Virus record (IMG/VR): IMGVR_UViG_3300045107_000066
DNA from: an uncultured virus (IMG/VR IMGVR_UViG_3300045107_000066)
Taxonomy: Duplodnaviria; Heunggongvirae; Uroviricota; Caudoviricetes
DNA: 64,000 nucleotides
Reading direction: 5' to 3' (one strand)
A program made the translations under genes and the position numbers. How positions within the stretch are numbered: the first letter of the stretch is position 1; each line of letters starts with the position of its first letter. The notes beneath the pieces were generated by a model. It had not been told where the DNA came from, did not search any database, and saw only the letters and a list, made by a program, of their open reading frames with translations. This document shows positions 30,223 through 41,540 of the stretch, in pieces.

Positions 30223-30507
30223 TTAGAAACCCTCCTGTCTCCAGTTAACGCCCGTTTCCCCACGAATCAGGCGACAAGAGTATGTACGTTGATGCTGTGC
30301 GTCTTCGAGGAAAGGATAGAGCTTCCGGCAGTGAATCCACAACATGACGGGAGTGCCGAACAGGTAGAGGACAGGAATTGCAATACCGGCCAGGATCGTC
30401 TCGAAGATATCCCCGGCGTCGGCCTTCCTCATGCAGAAATCAAAGGTGCGAACGAAGACGTGTTTCCTGATCGCCAGGACGCACTTGTCGATGAAGTTGG
30501 GTTTCAT
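30223..30507 (-). CDS. small membrane protein ending VNWRQEGF
   Basis: TM segment; shared C-terminal motif; TAATG coupling to the next gene. Confidence 0.6.
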   Translation of the reverse strand: MKPNFIDKCVLAIRKHVFVRTFDFCMRKADAGDIFETILAGIAIPVLYLFGTPVMLWIHCRKLYPFLEDAQHQRTYSCRLIRGETGVNWRQEGF

Positions 30508-30667
30508 GGTTGTCCCCCACGCCGGGCGGGTCGGGCAACCCCTGTCCGACCCCATAAGGACAATGCCTGCAACCATTGCGGCAGCAGGCATTGCGGTTTC
30601 TCAAGAACAACGTGGTTAGGACGAACCGGCCGTTCTCTTGGTAATAATCTCGTCCCTCTTGTAACAT
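30440..30667 (-). CDS. DUF5522-like Cys-rich small protein
   Basis: DYYQENGRFVLT...CCRNGCRHCPYG. Confidence 0.7.
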   Translation of the reverse strand: MLQEGRDYYQENGRFVLTTLFLRNRNACCRNGCRHCPYGVGQGLPDPPGVGDNHETQLHRQVRPGDQETRLRSHL

Positions 30668-30670
30668 GAG

Positions 30671-30761
30671 TCGGGGTGTCGGGATTCGAACCCGATCCGG
30701 TGGGTTAATCGGACCCTATACCGATTATAAGTCGGCCCGTTCTGCCAGTAACTCCACCCCG
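30671..30761 (-). tRNA. tRNA with TAT (Ile) anticodon and long variable arm
   Basis: CGGGGTG/CACCCCG-A; GCCGA-CTTATAA-TCGGT; ~24-nt variable region; canonical T arm. Confidence 0.75.
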
Positions 30762-31161
30762 CCTTTCACCAACGGCAAGCGACGACCCACTTGCCGCCCT
30801 GTACCGCTATCGGGTCTTCCACCCACTTGAACAAGATGTACCGCTCGTTTGGCGGCTGCGTGACTGCGGACACATACTTGTCGTTGTAGTTGAGCAGGTG
30901 GTATCCCGCAGCAACGATCTCGTCAACTCGGTGGTACATGAGCTATCTATGCTGCTCGTTTTATTCCCACGGCCAGTTGAACTTCACCGGGGAGTCCTTC
31001 GGAGGCCAGCCACGCAGCCAGACGGTCGCATAGAACACCGTCTGCTGGAACAACACGAACAGCCCGGCCAGGACGATGAGGAAGAAAAGTCCCTGACCGA
31101 AGTGGTCCCACTTTGCTGCGATGCTCCAGAACTCTTGCATGATTGGCCTCCGAGGGTTGTG

Positions 31162-31296
31162 TTACTTCTTCTTGGCCGGGGCTGCCTTCTTGGCCGGAGC
31201 CTTCTTTGCAGGAGCAGCCTTCTTGGCCGGGGTTGCCTTTTTGGGAGCGGCCTTCTTAGCCGGTGCGGCCTTAGCCGGAGCTTTCTTAGTTGCCAT
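31162..31296 (-). CDS. histone H1-like Lys/Ala/Pro-rich peptide (44 aa)
   Basis: MATKKAPAKAAPAKKAAPKKATPAKKAAPAKKAPAKKAAPAKKK; AAGGA RBS; below the ORF-track cutoff. Confidence 0.8.
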   Translation of the reverse strand: MATKKAPAKAAPAKKAAPKKATPAKKAAPAKKAPAKKAAPAKKK

Positions 31297-31758
31297 GATA
31301 CAAATCCTTTCTTTTAGAAACAAGCACCATACTTGTTGATAAAGAAAAGATAGTAACTCCTGTGGTCATTTTCTACTAACTGTCAGTTTTCCTTCACGAA
31401 TATCGAGCAACATCTGCGCTTCCTGCTCGGTGATTCGGTATTCGAGCAGGTAGTGGTTGAAGTCGAGAACCTTCTTCGCCCCACGCTTGATGTCGCTCAA
31501 CAGCTTCTCGTCCTCTGCCGAGATCACCGTGCCGCCCTGCGTCACCGTGGGCGGCTTCGGCTGCTCCTCGTAGAAGGAGATGTCATCCTCTCGGATGTAG
31601 CTGTGGTTGAGGACTCGTGCCCCGCTGATGAGACTGTGGACGGCTTCCTGGCGGGACTTCTCCCTCCACCGCTCCGTGCCGTCTTGGATACGGCACTCGA
31701 CGAGCCATTCGCCGTTCTGCAACTTGGTGATGCTGTACATTCCTGTCCTCCTTGACAG

Positions 31759-32073
31759 TCATGCTGTGTACTTGAGGCCGACAACTCCGCTGAGGATCAT
31801 GGTCAGGAACAACACCCGGCCCACGGTGAACGGCTCGGCGAACAAGATGATGCCGAGCAGTGCGGTCCCGACGGCCCCGATCCCCGTCCACACGACGTAC
31901 CCCGTTCCAACGGGGATCGTCTTGATTGCCATCGCCAGGAAGGTGAAGCTGATGCCCATCCCGACGAGCGTGGCGATGCTCCACTTGAGTTTAGTGAAGC
32001 CGTCCGAGTGCTTCAGACAGATCGCCCAGATGATTTCAAATGCGGCTGCGATAAACAAATAGACCCAGGCCAT
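31759..32073 (-). CDS. sugE: SMR-family guanidinium exporter Gdx/SugE
   Basis: MAWVYLFIAAAFEIIWA, IPVGTGYVVWTGIGAVG; 104 aa with 4 TM; riboswitch upstream. Confidence 0.9.
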   Translation of the reverse strand: MAWVYLFIAAAFEIIWAICLKHSDGFTKLKWSIATLVGMGISFTFLAMAIKTIPVGTGYVVWTGIGAVGTALLGIILFAEPFTVGRVLFLTMILSGVVGLKYTA

Positions 32074-32095
32074 TTCGCCCTCCGGTGTACCTATT

Positions 32096-32143
32096 ACCGG
32101 GTCGTCCCGGTTAGAGATATACCGACGGGTCGTCCCAGCCGGT
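32096..32143 (-). promoter_or_regulatory. guanidine-II (mini-ykkC) riboswitch
   Basis: Two GC-rich hairpins each capped by ACGA (GGG-ACGA-CCC; ACCGGG-ACGA-CCCGGT) just upstream of the gdx RBS. Confidence 0.9.
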
Positions 32144-34291
32144 TATTCGTCAGACTTGCACGACAACGTATGTGTCGGCGACTTCCAAGCCCATCCTCTC
32201 GTCGAACCCGTCAACGCTCTCCACGTCGGCAATGAGTTCAAGTTCTTGTAGTATTTCTAATGCCAGTTCGGCGTCGGTCCCAGGCTTGGGATTGTATTTA
32301 CCCAAGCCGCTCGAAGTTACACTTTCAAAAGACACAGGAATGAACTGGAATTTGTTTTTTCCTGCGGCCACAGCGTCTTCGAGCAGCTTGGGCAACTTGC
32401 TGAACCACTCGTCCAGCATCTTCTTCCGTCGTTCCGATTTCAGAGCCGCCGCCTTTTCCTGGTTGCGACGGATCGTTTCTTGCTGCCGCTCGTGGCCCTT
32501 GTCACGAGCTTCATCCAAGCTCCGCAGCATGGATGCCTTCCACGCCGAATCCTTCAGATCGTGTCCGATGCCCATGTCGTCCTCCTTGACCTTCTTTTTA
32601 CGCTTGCCGTAGTTGGTGGCCTTCGCAGCCGACTGGTCGAAGGGTCCACCGATGTAGCCAGCGTGGGTCATGTACCGAAAGTATTGGTCGTCCTGACTCA
32701 TACTTAGTTTTTACCGACTTTCGTCTCCAAACGCAAGATGCGTTCCTTCAGGTCGGAGTTTTCTTTCTTCAGGTCGTTGATCTCCTTCTCCAACTTCTCG
32801 ATGGTCGCCTTCGTCGTCTTGGTGTTCTCCTCGCTGTAGGTCTGCCGCTCCTTCAGGCCGACTTCCAGCAGGGCGATCTTCTCCTTGTGGAGCTTCAGGA
32901 GTTCGTCGTTGGCCTTGACCAGCTTGTCCAGGTCGTTGTACCGCTCCTTGCCGGAGTCACGGGCCTGGGTCATCATGGCGAGCCGTTCACGAATCTGAAC
33001 GTTCTCTTCCTTCATCTGGGTCAACGTGGTCGTGATCTCAGCACGAAACGTGGAGATGTTGTTTGTTAAGCTGTTAAGGATGACGGCCAGCAAAAGTGTG
33101 GTGAGGCCGATCAACGCACCGCCGAACAGCTTCCAGAACCACGGAGAGCCTTCGATGTGTTGCTGCGTTACTACTTGTTGTGCTTTGACTTCTTCTTCTT
33201 TGTCAGACATGTTTACCCCCTCTAGCGGTATGTATCGCTAGTAGGGGGAAACATCATGATTTTAGTCGTTCTTGACGGGGTGCAGCTTCGGGTGCCTCGA
33301 CGGGAACTTCAGAATGCTCCCGACCGGCTCCGGCTCGCCGCCGTCTTCAGGCATCGGCCGAGGCGGGGTGAGCTTGGCTCCCTGGCCCGTTTCATCGTCG
33401 TCCAACCCGTCCATCACCTTCACGATCAGCTTCTTGATGTCCTGCCGGTACTTCGGGTACTCCTCGGCAAGCCTCGATAAGTCGGAAATCAACTGAAAAG
33501 ACATATAACCCTCCCTGGTTGTTAATATAGTTACCCGTCGAGCCACTTGACGACATCTCGGTGGCTCTCCAGCACCAGGGACTCCTCCTCTGGGGCGATC
33601 ACCACGTCGTCGGGAATGGGCTGGACCCACGGCCCCAGAAAGCTGTCTCGGAAGATGGTGCGTTTGGGCACGTTGACTTTCAACGTGGCCCAGACTTCAC
33701 TCTCGTCGATCCGGGTGGCGTCCAGAACCCATTCCTTCAGTGTCATGATGACCCTTTACTTCTTGAGTTTCGCCTGGAGATGGGCGGACAGTCCTTTCTG
33801 TCCCTTCGCCAACTCCCGCTTGACTTCGTTCGCCGTCACGCCACGTTCACTGATGGTGGCCTTCGTGTTGATCGTCACCCGGCTGCCGAAGCGGTCGGCC
33901 ACGACGACGATCTTGTTCTCGGCGTCCACCATGCCGCCCTTGTTAGCCTCGGTCATAGCTGCCTTGAACTCGCTCTTGTCCTTGTCCTCGCTCTCCTTCA
34001 GGGTGAACTCCCAGGAGTGCCGGAGGTTGCTGATCCGCACCTTCACGCCGTCCTTGTTCCGCTCGACGACCTTCATCCCCATCGCACCCAGAACGGCGTC
34101 CGGGTTCATGCGGAGATAGTCTTCCACGACCTGCGGTGCGACCGGCAAAAGTACGACGGTTTCCGACTCTGCGGTAACAGTGGTCGGAGGAGCAGCAGCA
34201 AACGAAGCTGCCCCGAAAGCGATGGCAAGCATCGCCAACATAGCCCTAAGCATTAGTATACCTCACATATGGGGTGTGCGGTATTTATGCT

Positions 34292-34513
34292 TTAGAACCC
34301 GTCTTTCAACCAGTCGAACGGCGGCTCGGGGCCGAGGAAGCAGTCGGCACAACGGTCACAAAGGGCTTCGGCGTAGTGCCTGCCCTTGACGAGTAAGTGC
34401 CCACACTTCGCTTCGTTTCCGCACCAGCAGCAGCAGGTGAAGTAGGTGTAGTCGTTTTTCTGAACGAACTCGGCCGACGGAATCGGCGAGCTTTGGTTAA
34501 CACAGGCAATCAT
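34292..34513 (-). CDS. small Cys-rich (Zn-finger-like) protein ending FDWLKDGF
   Basis: CCWC and CDRC pairs; shared C-terminal motif. Confidence 0.6.
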   Translation of the reverse strand: MIACVNQSSPIPSAEFVQKNDYTYFTCCCWCGNEAKCGHLLVKGRHYAEALCDRCADCFLGPEPPFDWLKDGF

Positions 34514-35346
34514 CGAACACTATCGGCTAAGAACCTAAACCCTTACTCAAACAAACTGTCGTAGACAAGCCGAATCGCATTCGACGTAATCCCGAAACCA
34601 ATCGCTACGAGCAAGCAACAGAAGGCGAGCTTCCACCCCGTACCGTTCATCAGTGAAACTGCTCCCTTGAAGCAGATCAGCGATACGGTGAAAGAGCTAG
34701 AGACTATAACTACCCGCCTCAGTGTCTCCATTATACATCATTGCGGCGGACGGTTTCGTCGGCCACACGTTCCTTCCACTTCAGGAGCTTCTTCAGGCCG
34801 TACTCGGCCAACTCCTCGTCGGTCCCGCCACGGGCGTAGAACAACGACAGGGCGCAGATCACCACGTCAACCGCCTCGTGCTTCGAGGACTCGGTGATCT
34901 CCTTCTTCTTCAACCCCTGCTCGACCGTCAGGGCTTTGGCGAACTCGCCAATCTCCTCAACGGTGTTCTTGAACAGAAGGTTGATGTCGTGGTTCTTGTT
35001 AAGGTCGGCCAGGGTGGTTTCCCGGACTTCCTCCAAGAACATCCTCATCAGTCCGCTCATTACCACATGTCCCATTCGGTTAGGTCTAGCTCGTCGCCAG
35101 ACAGGTTGTTTTTCACCTTCACGACCATCCCGAGGGTCGTCGGGGTGAAGGTGTAGCTGAAAGCGCCGCCCGAGGCACCGTAGACGCTGAGCCGACCGCT
35201 CGCTTTGGCCTTCTCAGCGTCTTTCTTGTGCTGCTCGTCGGCCCAGGCACCCAGCTTCTCTTTCTGTTCTTCCGTCAGTGCAAACACGGAACTACTCCTT
35301 TACGACATAAATAGCTTAGCAAATACGGCGGGAAAAGGGAATAGCC

Positions 35347-36861
35347 ATGATCCAAAGACCAGAAAGAATTACAGACACGGGCGGCACCTTCACCGGCGGT
35401 GCGACGACCACCTTCACACTGGCCGTGCCCGCCAAGCGTGGCGTCATTCGCCGTGTCGCCTTTGGCATCTACGGGCTAGTGGCAGCAGACACGTCAACCC
35501 TCCGCATTCTGGTGGAAGCCCCCAACGGGGATGCCGTTCTCCTGCTTTCCAACGTTGGATTTGGTACAGACGGGGGCACTACCGCCGTTAGCGGCTTTAA
35601 CCTGATCTTCGACCCGTTCGCCTACTACGACCGAAGCTTGAACTCCGTCTCGGGCCGTGTTTACAAAACTGCAACGGCCGACGGGGATGAGGGGCTTCAA
35701 GTCCCGGACGCCACGCCCGTACCGCCTTACACGCCCGACTTGAACTTCATCTTCGACACCGACACCCCCGAGGGGACTTGGAAGCTCTACATTTACGACA
35801 GCGGCAGTGGCGGGTCTTTCGACTATTGGGGTATTGACTTTGAGTACGACTCCGGCGAGCCTTACGATACACCGATGTCGGACTTCTACGCCACCAACTT
35901 CACGAAGGTAAACGTAAACTACGGTTTCACAGCGGATGTCTACCCGTTGGAAATCGAGGCTTCTGGTATGAACGGGCGTGTTGACTACATGGACGTGAGC
36001 TTCACGTTACAACACTCAGACCCGAGCGCCCTCACCTTCATCCTCGAAGCTCCGAACGGAGCGGCGTCCATGTTCGTCTCCGGTACGAGCCTTCAAAATC
36101 CCGGATTGGTCGTCGTCAACTTCGTTGATAAAACTTTCGCCCCGTCTCCGTTTATGAGCATTGGCGACGGCGATTACATTCAAAACACCAACTACAACCC
36201 GACCGAGGGGAATTTCATCACTACGGCCGGGTTCGGTATCGCTCCCCAGCCGGGACCAGACGGATACTACGAACACCGCCTATACCCTACTCTCTTCGGT
36301 GATCCGAACGGAACCTGGAAGCTCTGGGTAGAAGATCACGGAGGCGGCAGTGGTTCGTTCTTGAACTTCCAGATGCACTTCTACGCCGAGGACATCAACC
36401 GCACGGGCAGTGGGGGTGTACTTGCCGCCGGGAAAAGCCCGAGTAGCAAACGTGGCATTGAGATGTTCTACGACTTGACGGGCACCCCCTACGACGGCAG
36501 CGTGGGTCCGTTCGGCAACGATATGTCCGAAGTTGTGGACAACACCGTCGAGAAGTCCGATTGGGTAGACTTGAAGTTCACCATCGACGCAACCGGCGGC
36601 GACGGCAGTGGGCCGCTCTACATCTTCCTCCTCCGCTCGCTCGACGGGGTTACGTTCGACACGGCAGATATGGACGCCTGCCTGCTCCGCAAGGTAAACC
36701 TCACCGGGTCTGGGGCGTTTACGATCTCAGTGAACCTCCGAGAGTCGTTCGGCAAGGTGTCCCGCTACTGGAGGCTGTACTTCGTCAACCAGTCGCCGCA
36801 CAACGCCAACATCACCGCCTCCTTTGGCAACCAGTACATCTTCGTACAGAACAGAGGCTAA
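35347..36861 (+). CDS. proprotein-convertase P-domain repeat protein, probably virion-associated
   Basis: Two repeats of ILEAPNG...(N/E)GTWKL; TAAATA at ~35308. Confidence 0.65.
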   Translation: MIQRPERITDTGGTFTGGATTTFTLAVPAKRGVIRRVAFGIYGLVAADTSTLRILVEAPNGDAVLLLSNVGFGTDGGTTAVSGFNLIFDPFAYYDRSLNSVSGRVYKTATADGDEGLQVPDATPVPPYTPDLNFIFDTDTPEGTWKLYIYDSGSGGSFDYWGIDFEYDSGEPYDTPMSDFYATNFTKVNVNYGFTADVYPLEIEASGMNGRVDYMDVSFTLQHSDPSALTFILEAPNGAASMFVSGTSLQNPGLVVVNFVDKTFAPSPFMSIGDGDYIQNTNYNPTEGNFITTAGFGIAPQPGPDGYYEHRLYPTLFGDPNGTWKLWVEDHGGGSGSFLNFQMHFYAEDINRTGSGGVLAAGKSPSSKRGIEMFYDLTGTPYDGSVGPFGNDMSEVVDNTVEKSDWVDLKFTIDATGGDGSGPLYIFLLRSLDGVTFDTADMDACLLRKVNLTGSGAFTISVNLRESFGKVSRYWRLYFVNQSPHNANITASFGNQYIFVQNRG

Positions 36862-37212
36862 CGGGATCGTGTGACCTTGATGTGGAGGCGGTGGAATGGT
36901 TCGGGCTTCCACTCGCTGACCGGCGTGCCGTCCTCGAACGTGAGTTTGCAGTCCCATTGTTTCTCGAACAACAGGAACAAGTCCTTGAACGTCTGGGCCG
37001 TCGCCGTGTCCTCCTCCAGCCACTCCTTGCCCATGACACCATTGCTGTACAGGGTCGTCAGCCCATGTTTGTTAACATGGGCTTCTTTGGCGGGGCTGCG
37101 TGATTGGAGGAGGTAGAAGTAGATTTCAGCTACATCGCCGCCGTAGCTGTTCTTGTCGTAGTACGCTTCGCAGAGCAGGTTCCAAACCTTGAGAATCATG
37201 TGGGGCAGCACG

Positions 37213-37581
37213 TCAGTCTCCCTGGAAGGTGATCCCGATCTCGTCGGTGATGTCCTGGCCTGCCACCCAGGCCGGGTTCCACGATTCGCCCTGCGAGCCG
37301 TAGAAGAGGGCGGCGGACCTTACGCCGTCCATCTCCCTCGCCTTGACCCTGTTCCCCTTCTTGCCGCCGAGCCGACCTTTACCAAGTTCATCGTTCCACA
37401 ACCACATCTCCCGCAGCAGCTTCTCCGGGACGATGCCGCCCTCTGGGACGACGAAGCCGAGTTGCCCCTGGTAGTAGTGGTCGCCGGTGACGATCTGGTA
37501 GCCGCAGCACATCCCGACCTTCAGCTTGGGGTTGGTCGGATGGTCTTGGAAGCTGATCGGCCCTACCAGAACTCTGCTCAT
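37213..37581 (-). CDS. stand-alone OB-fold tRNA-binding-like domain
   Basis: HPTNPKL, YQIVTG, GNRVKAREMDGVRS, GQDITDEIGI resemble the PheT/RNA-ligase N-terminal OB domain. Confidence 0.6.
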   Translation of the reverse strand: MSRVLVGPISFQDHPTNPKLKVGMCCGYQIVTGDHYYQGQLGFVVPEGGIVPEKLLREMWLWNDELGKGRLGGKKGNRVKAREMDGVRSAALFYGSQGESWNPAWVAGQDITDEIGITFQGD

Positions 37582-37773
37582 AATCTGTCTCTCCAGTGTC
37601 AAGTCTCGCCCGAAGGCACTTTCTCGGTCCTAGTCAGCTACTTGCTCTACCCAGCTTTCGCAGTCTGCCGAACCCTGGACTTTCAGGGAAGTCTTCACCA
37701 ACTCACGAGGAACACACACAGGCCGACGAACATGACGATGAGGCTGACCTTCAGCAGCCAGTTGCCCCGACTC

Positions 37774-38160
37774 TTAACCCAGAAGTCGAGGAAGGCTGTT
37801 ATCCAACTCAGCACCACGATTGTCAGGGTGATGATCGCCTGCGGGGGCAGCTTCTCCATCGTTTACCTCCGGTAATGCGTTGACCAACTCGACCAGCACA
37901 TCGCCGTGGCAACGTTTCGGCTTGCAGAAACAGCCGAGTGTCTTCCCTCTGAGTTCGGGCAACTTCGCCATCAACTCCGGCTGGGTGACGATCCACTCAC
38001 GGTACTTCTGAATCGCTTCACTGCGGCTCGCCACCCGGAACTCGGCCAGGGTGTCGGGCTTGTGACTGTACGGGTTTCCCCAGATCGAGGGCCGAGCGAT
38101 GTAAACGTCAGCCCCCTCCTTGTTCACGTTTACGACTCTCGTCGTGCTTGCGGAGGACAT
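37774..38160 (-). CDS. DUF4326 protein
   Basis: DVYIARPSIWGNPY, ELRGKTLGCFCKPKRCHGDVL. Confidence 0.85.
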   Translation of the reverse strand: MSSASTTRVVNVNKEGADVYIARPSIWGNPYSHKPDTLAEFRVASRSEAIQKYREWIVTQPELMAKLPELRGKTLGCFCKPKRCHGDVLVELVNALPEVNDGEAAPAGDHHPDNRGAELDNSLPRLLG

Positions 38161-39125
38161 CCTTTTCCTCGGGGGTTAGTTCTCGAACACGTTCCATCTT
38201 GCCGTCTGCCCCTCGCTTGTAAATCCAAGACGAGATCGGGCCTTCTGCCTTCGGCCCGACGAAGCCGGTGCCGATAGTGTAAGGACCGTCGGCGTACCGG
38301 CCCAGGTTCTTCTGCCGCCACTCCTCGTCCATGTAGAAGCACGAGAAGTTCGACGTGCGGTTGATTCTCGCCCGAACCTCCGGGTTGATCTTACCGCACC
38401 CATAGCAGAACACCACCGTGCCGTTCTTCTCGCACTTGTTGGCGGTCAGGCACTCATTGCAGAACTTGACGTTGCAATGAGGACAGGCGTCGGGGTAGTT
38501 GCTGGATGGGGCGATGATGATCCCCATGCAGAAGCCACACCCGTACTCGTCTACACGTTCCGTCTCGCCTGCCGTTTCCATGCGTCGAACACCTTCTTGG
38601 GATCGTCCATGTTAGCCATCAGGATAGTACCATCTATCATATCCCACGTCAACACGGTGACGACGATGGGTCGCCCGTCCGGCTCACGGCGGATGGCGAA
38701 GACGATGGTGTTCGGCCCCTGCCGGTCGATGTAGTGTTCGGTCGGCTCGACCCGCTCCTCGGCGAACCACCGCTTGATGGCGTCGAGAAACAACGGGTCC
38801 GTGACCCGTTCGTTGTTTCGGATGGCAGCGAGTGCCCGGCCGGAGATGCTGCGATCCAGGCTGGCTCGGACGTTCCGCATGATGTCACGGAGTTCGTGAA
38901 TCAATTGGATGCAAATGCCGCAGTTCCCGCCGTCGCCACAGCGGCGCAGGTGGATGTACTTTTTTGGGTCTACAACTCGTTCGAGCCACCGCTGGCGTGC
39001 GTGATGAGTGATGAGAATCGGATACCGCTTAACCGGCTCGGGTTGCGACTGTTCTGGTGGTCCGTCCACGGCTTCACCCCCTTTCGTTGCCTCATTCTAC
39101 AAGGGGGTTCGCCGGTTGTAAGCCG

Positions 39126-39506
39126 TTATTTCATCAGGAAAATTAGGTAGAACGTCCCAATGAGGGCCGCTCCGTGGAGGAACTGGTCAAAGCCGATGGC
39201 GGTGAAGAAGGCTTTCTCGTCGCCCACTTCCTTGTAACGGCGGGTGAACTGGCTCGTGATGGCGTCGGTGAACAGGTGGAGTCCAGCGTTCGACCCGACG
39301 TAAGTCGCCCACACATCCCAGGTCACTTTGGACAGGAGCAGGGCCGTGCCAGCGGCGAGGATGAAGGTGTAGGCTAGGATGTGGACAATCAGGGCGATGA
39401 TCTTCTTCCCCTTGTTGTTCGCCATCCACCGAGTCTGGAACACGAAGTCCCCGACGAAGTGTAAGAACAGCAAGTAGATGACGATCAAAACCAGATATTG
39501 CTCCAC
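39126..39506 (-). CDS. DUF3307-like membrane protein
   Basis: HFVGDFVFQTRWMANNK, HLFTD, GFDQFLH. Confidence 0.8.
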   Translation of the reverse strand: MEQYLVLIVIYLLFLHFVGDFVFQTRWMANNKGKKIIALIVHILAYTFILAAGTALLLSKVTWDVWATYVGSNAGLHLFTDAITSQFTRRYKEVGDEKAFFTAIGFDQFLHGAALIGTFYLIFLMK

Positions 39507-39525
39507 GTTATCCTCGGTGAGAGAG

Positions 39526-39591
39526 TAGCAAGGGCAGGAATCGAACCTACCTCCGTCCGGCTCATGATACCGGCCGGTGTCCACTCTTGCT
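39526..39591 (-). tRNA. tRNA-Met(CAT)-like with reduced D arm (possibly pseudo)
   Basis: CCGGT-ATCATGA-GCCGG; intact T arm; 66 nt. Confidence 0.45.
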
Positions 39592-41540
39592 ATATCTATC
39601 CGCAAAAGTAGATGTTTGTGTCGTAGTCATCCCTCGGCGGCTCGGGCGGTCTGTTTCGCATCCACTCCCGGAACTCAGCCTCGTGTTGCTCGCAGTGTTG
39701 TACTTCGAGCGGGGTGTAAGTTCCCTGGTAGTATTTGCAGCCGCAGGGCCGCACATCCCACTTCTTCTCGAACAGCTTCCAGAGCCAGTTAAACACTCCA
39801 CTCACCCCGCCAGTAGACGGTCTTCCCCGTCACCACCTGCACTACCTCGAAATGCTCGCCGCACTCGAAGTAGGGTTGGTGCGTCTCGACGTACCGCTTG
39901 GCCTCGTCGAGCGTGCCCCAGAGCAGCACGTCCCGGTCGGAGCAGTCGCCCATGAACCACAACTGCTTTACTGCGTACAGGTCGGGACTCAGGGCTTTGC
40001 TGCCGTCGAGCTTGACGCAGTGGCGGCAGTACAACCCCGTGTGCGGCCCGTCGCAGTAAGTGGCTTCCTCGGGATGTCCGAACGGTTTGACCAGAGGCGA
40101 GCCAGCAGGTTCTTTGGTCATTTCTTCACCGCATCCTTGACGGTTAGGTTCCGGGCCAGGATCGCCGAACCCCAGAGCAGGAAAAACACGCCCAGGCCCA
40201 GGTGCCACGTCGGGTCCAGCGGGTTCGTCCAGACCTTCAGGTTCGGGTTGGCGAGGATGGCGATCCCCGAACCGAACATCGTGAAGCCGATCCACAGGGC
40301 GGTCCGCATGACACTCATGTTACACCTTCTGGTAAGAAAACTGAACACGTTCTTTATACCAGAAGATCATGTCGTCAGTCAAGCAGCCCCAAAAGGAAGA
40401 CTGCGAAGCAGGCGATGGCTAAGCCGCCATAGACCTGCCGACGCTCATACCGCTCCTGCCGCCTCATCCGGGCGATCCGTACATCCTTGCACCACATCCT
40501 TGTCTTCCTCCGTTTGGCGTTCATGTGCCGGAATCCACAGGGCGGTGTCGTCCGGGTCGTCGTCCTCGTCATCCCCGCCGAGATCGACCGTTTCGGCCTC
40601 GTCCTTCGCATCGCAGTCGGGGCACTGCCATGCGCAAATCTCGCCGTTGTTCTCGAACCACGTCCAACCCTTTTCGGGTTGAAACGTCTCCATCCCAGCG
40701 GCGGTGGTCGGGTAGTTCGGCATCTGCTTGTCGCAGTCGAGGCATCGGCCCTCCACGAGAGAGCGGGCGTGCCGTTCCTCAATCCGTTGCAACATCTCCG
40801 CAACGCCCTCGGGCAAGGCGTCAGGCGGCATGTCCCCCACACAGATCACCTGACAGCCCGGATGCCGCTTCTGGAGTTCTTCCAGAATCACCGGCGGCAC
40901 ATCCGCTGCCTTCGCAGGCTGCATCAGAGTCAGGTCGTCGTGCGGCGGCATTGGTGCGTACCTCGATGGCTTCCATCTCGTCTTCGGAGATGTCGTTCTC
41001 GATTGCGACTTGTGCGGCGGCGGCGTAGAACGGCTGCATCACCAGACCAAACGTTCGGTCGCTCAGCGAGTCAGCCAGTTCCTCACACCTATCCGCCATT
41101 CGGAAGATCAGTTCCAGTTCCTTGATCGCTTCCTGCTTTGTCATCCGTGAACCTCAATCCGTTGATGTATTCTTTCAGTTCGGCGATGTCCTTCTCCGCA
41201 GCCTCCCTGGAGGAGTAGTCCATCACCGGCAGCATCTCCTGCATGATCGCTTGGATGATGCCTAGCGGCCGGTCCGGCTTGGCGATGATCTTGCCCCGGT
41301 AGCCGAGGGCCAGGACCGATTTGTCCCGCTCGTCGCACTGGCCGATTGCGGCCAATTGGACGTAGAGGCGGTTCGTCCGTTTGATCTCCGTGCTGGTATC
41401 CACGACGCCCGCCACCGGCTCAGGCTTCACCGCCTTCATCGGCTTCTTACACTTGTCACACCGGGGTGTGCCCATGTAGTCGGCCGGGACTTTCTGTTCC
41501 GCCTTGCAGGTCGGACAGCGGTACGTCGTCTTCTTGGACA

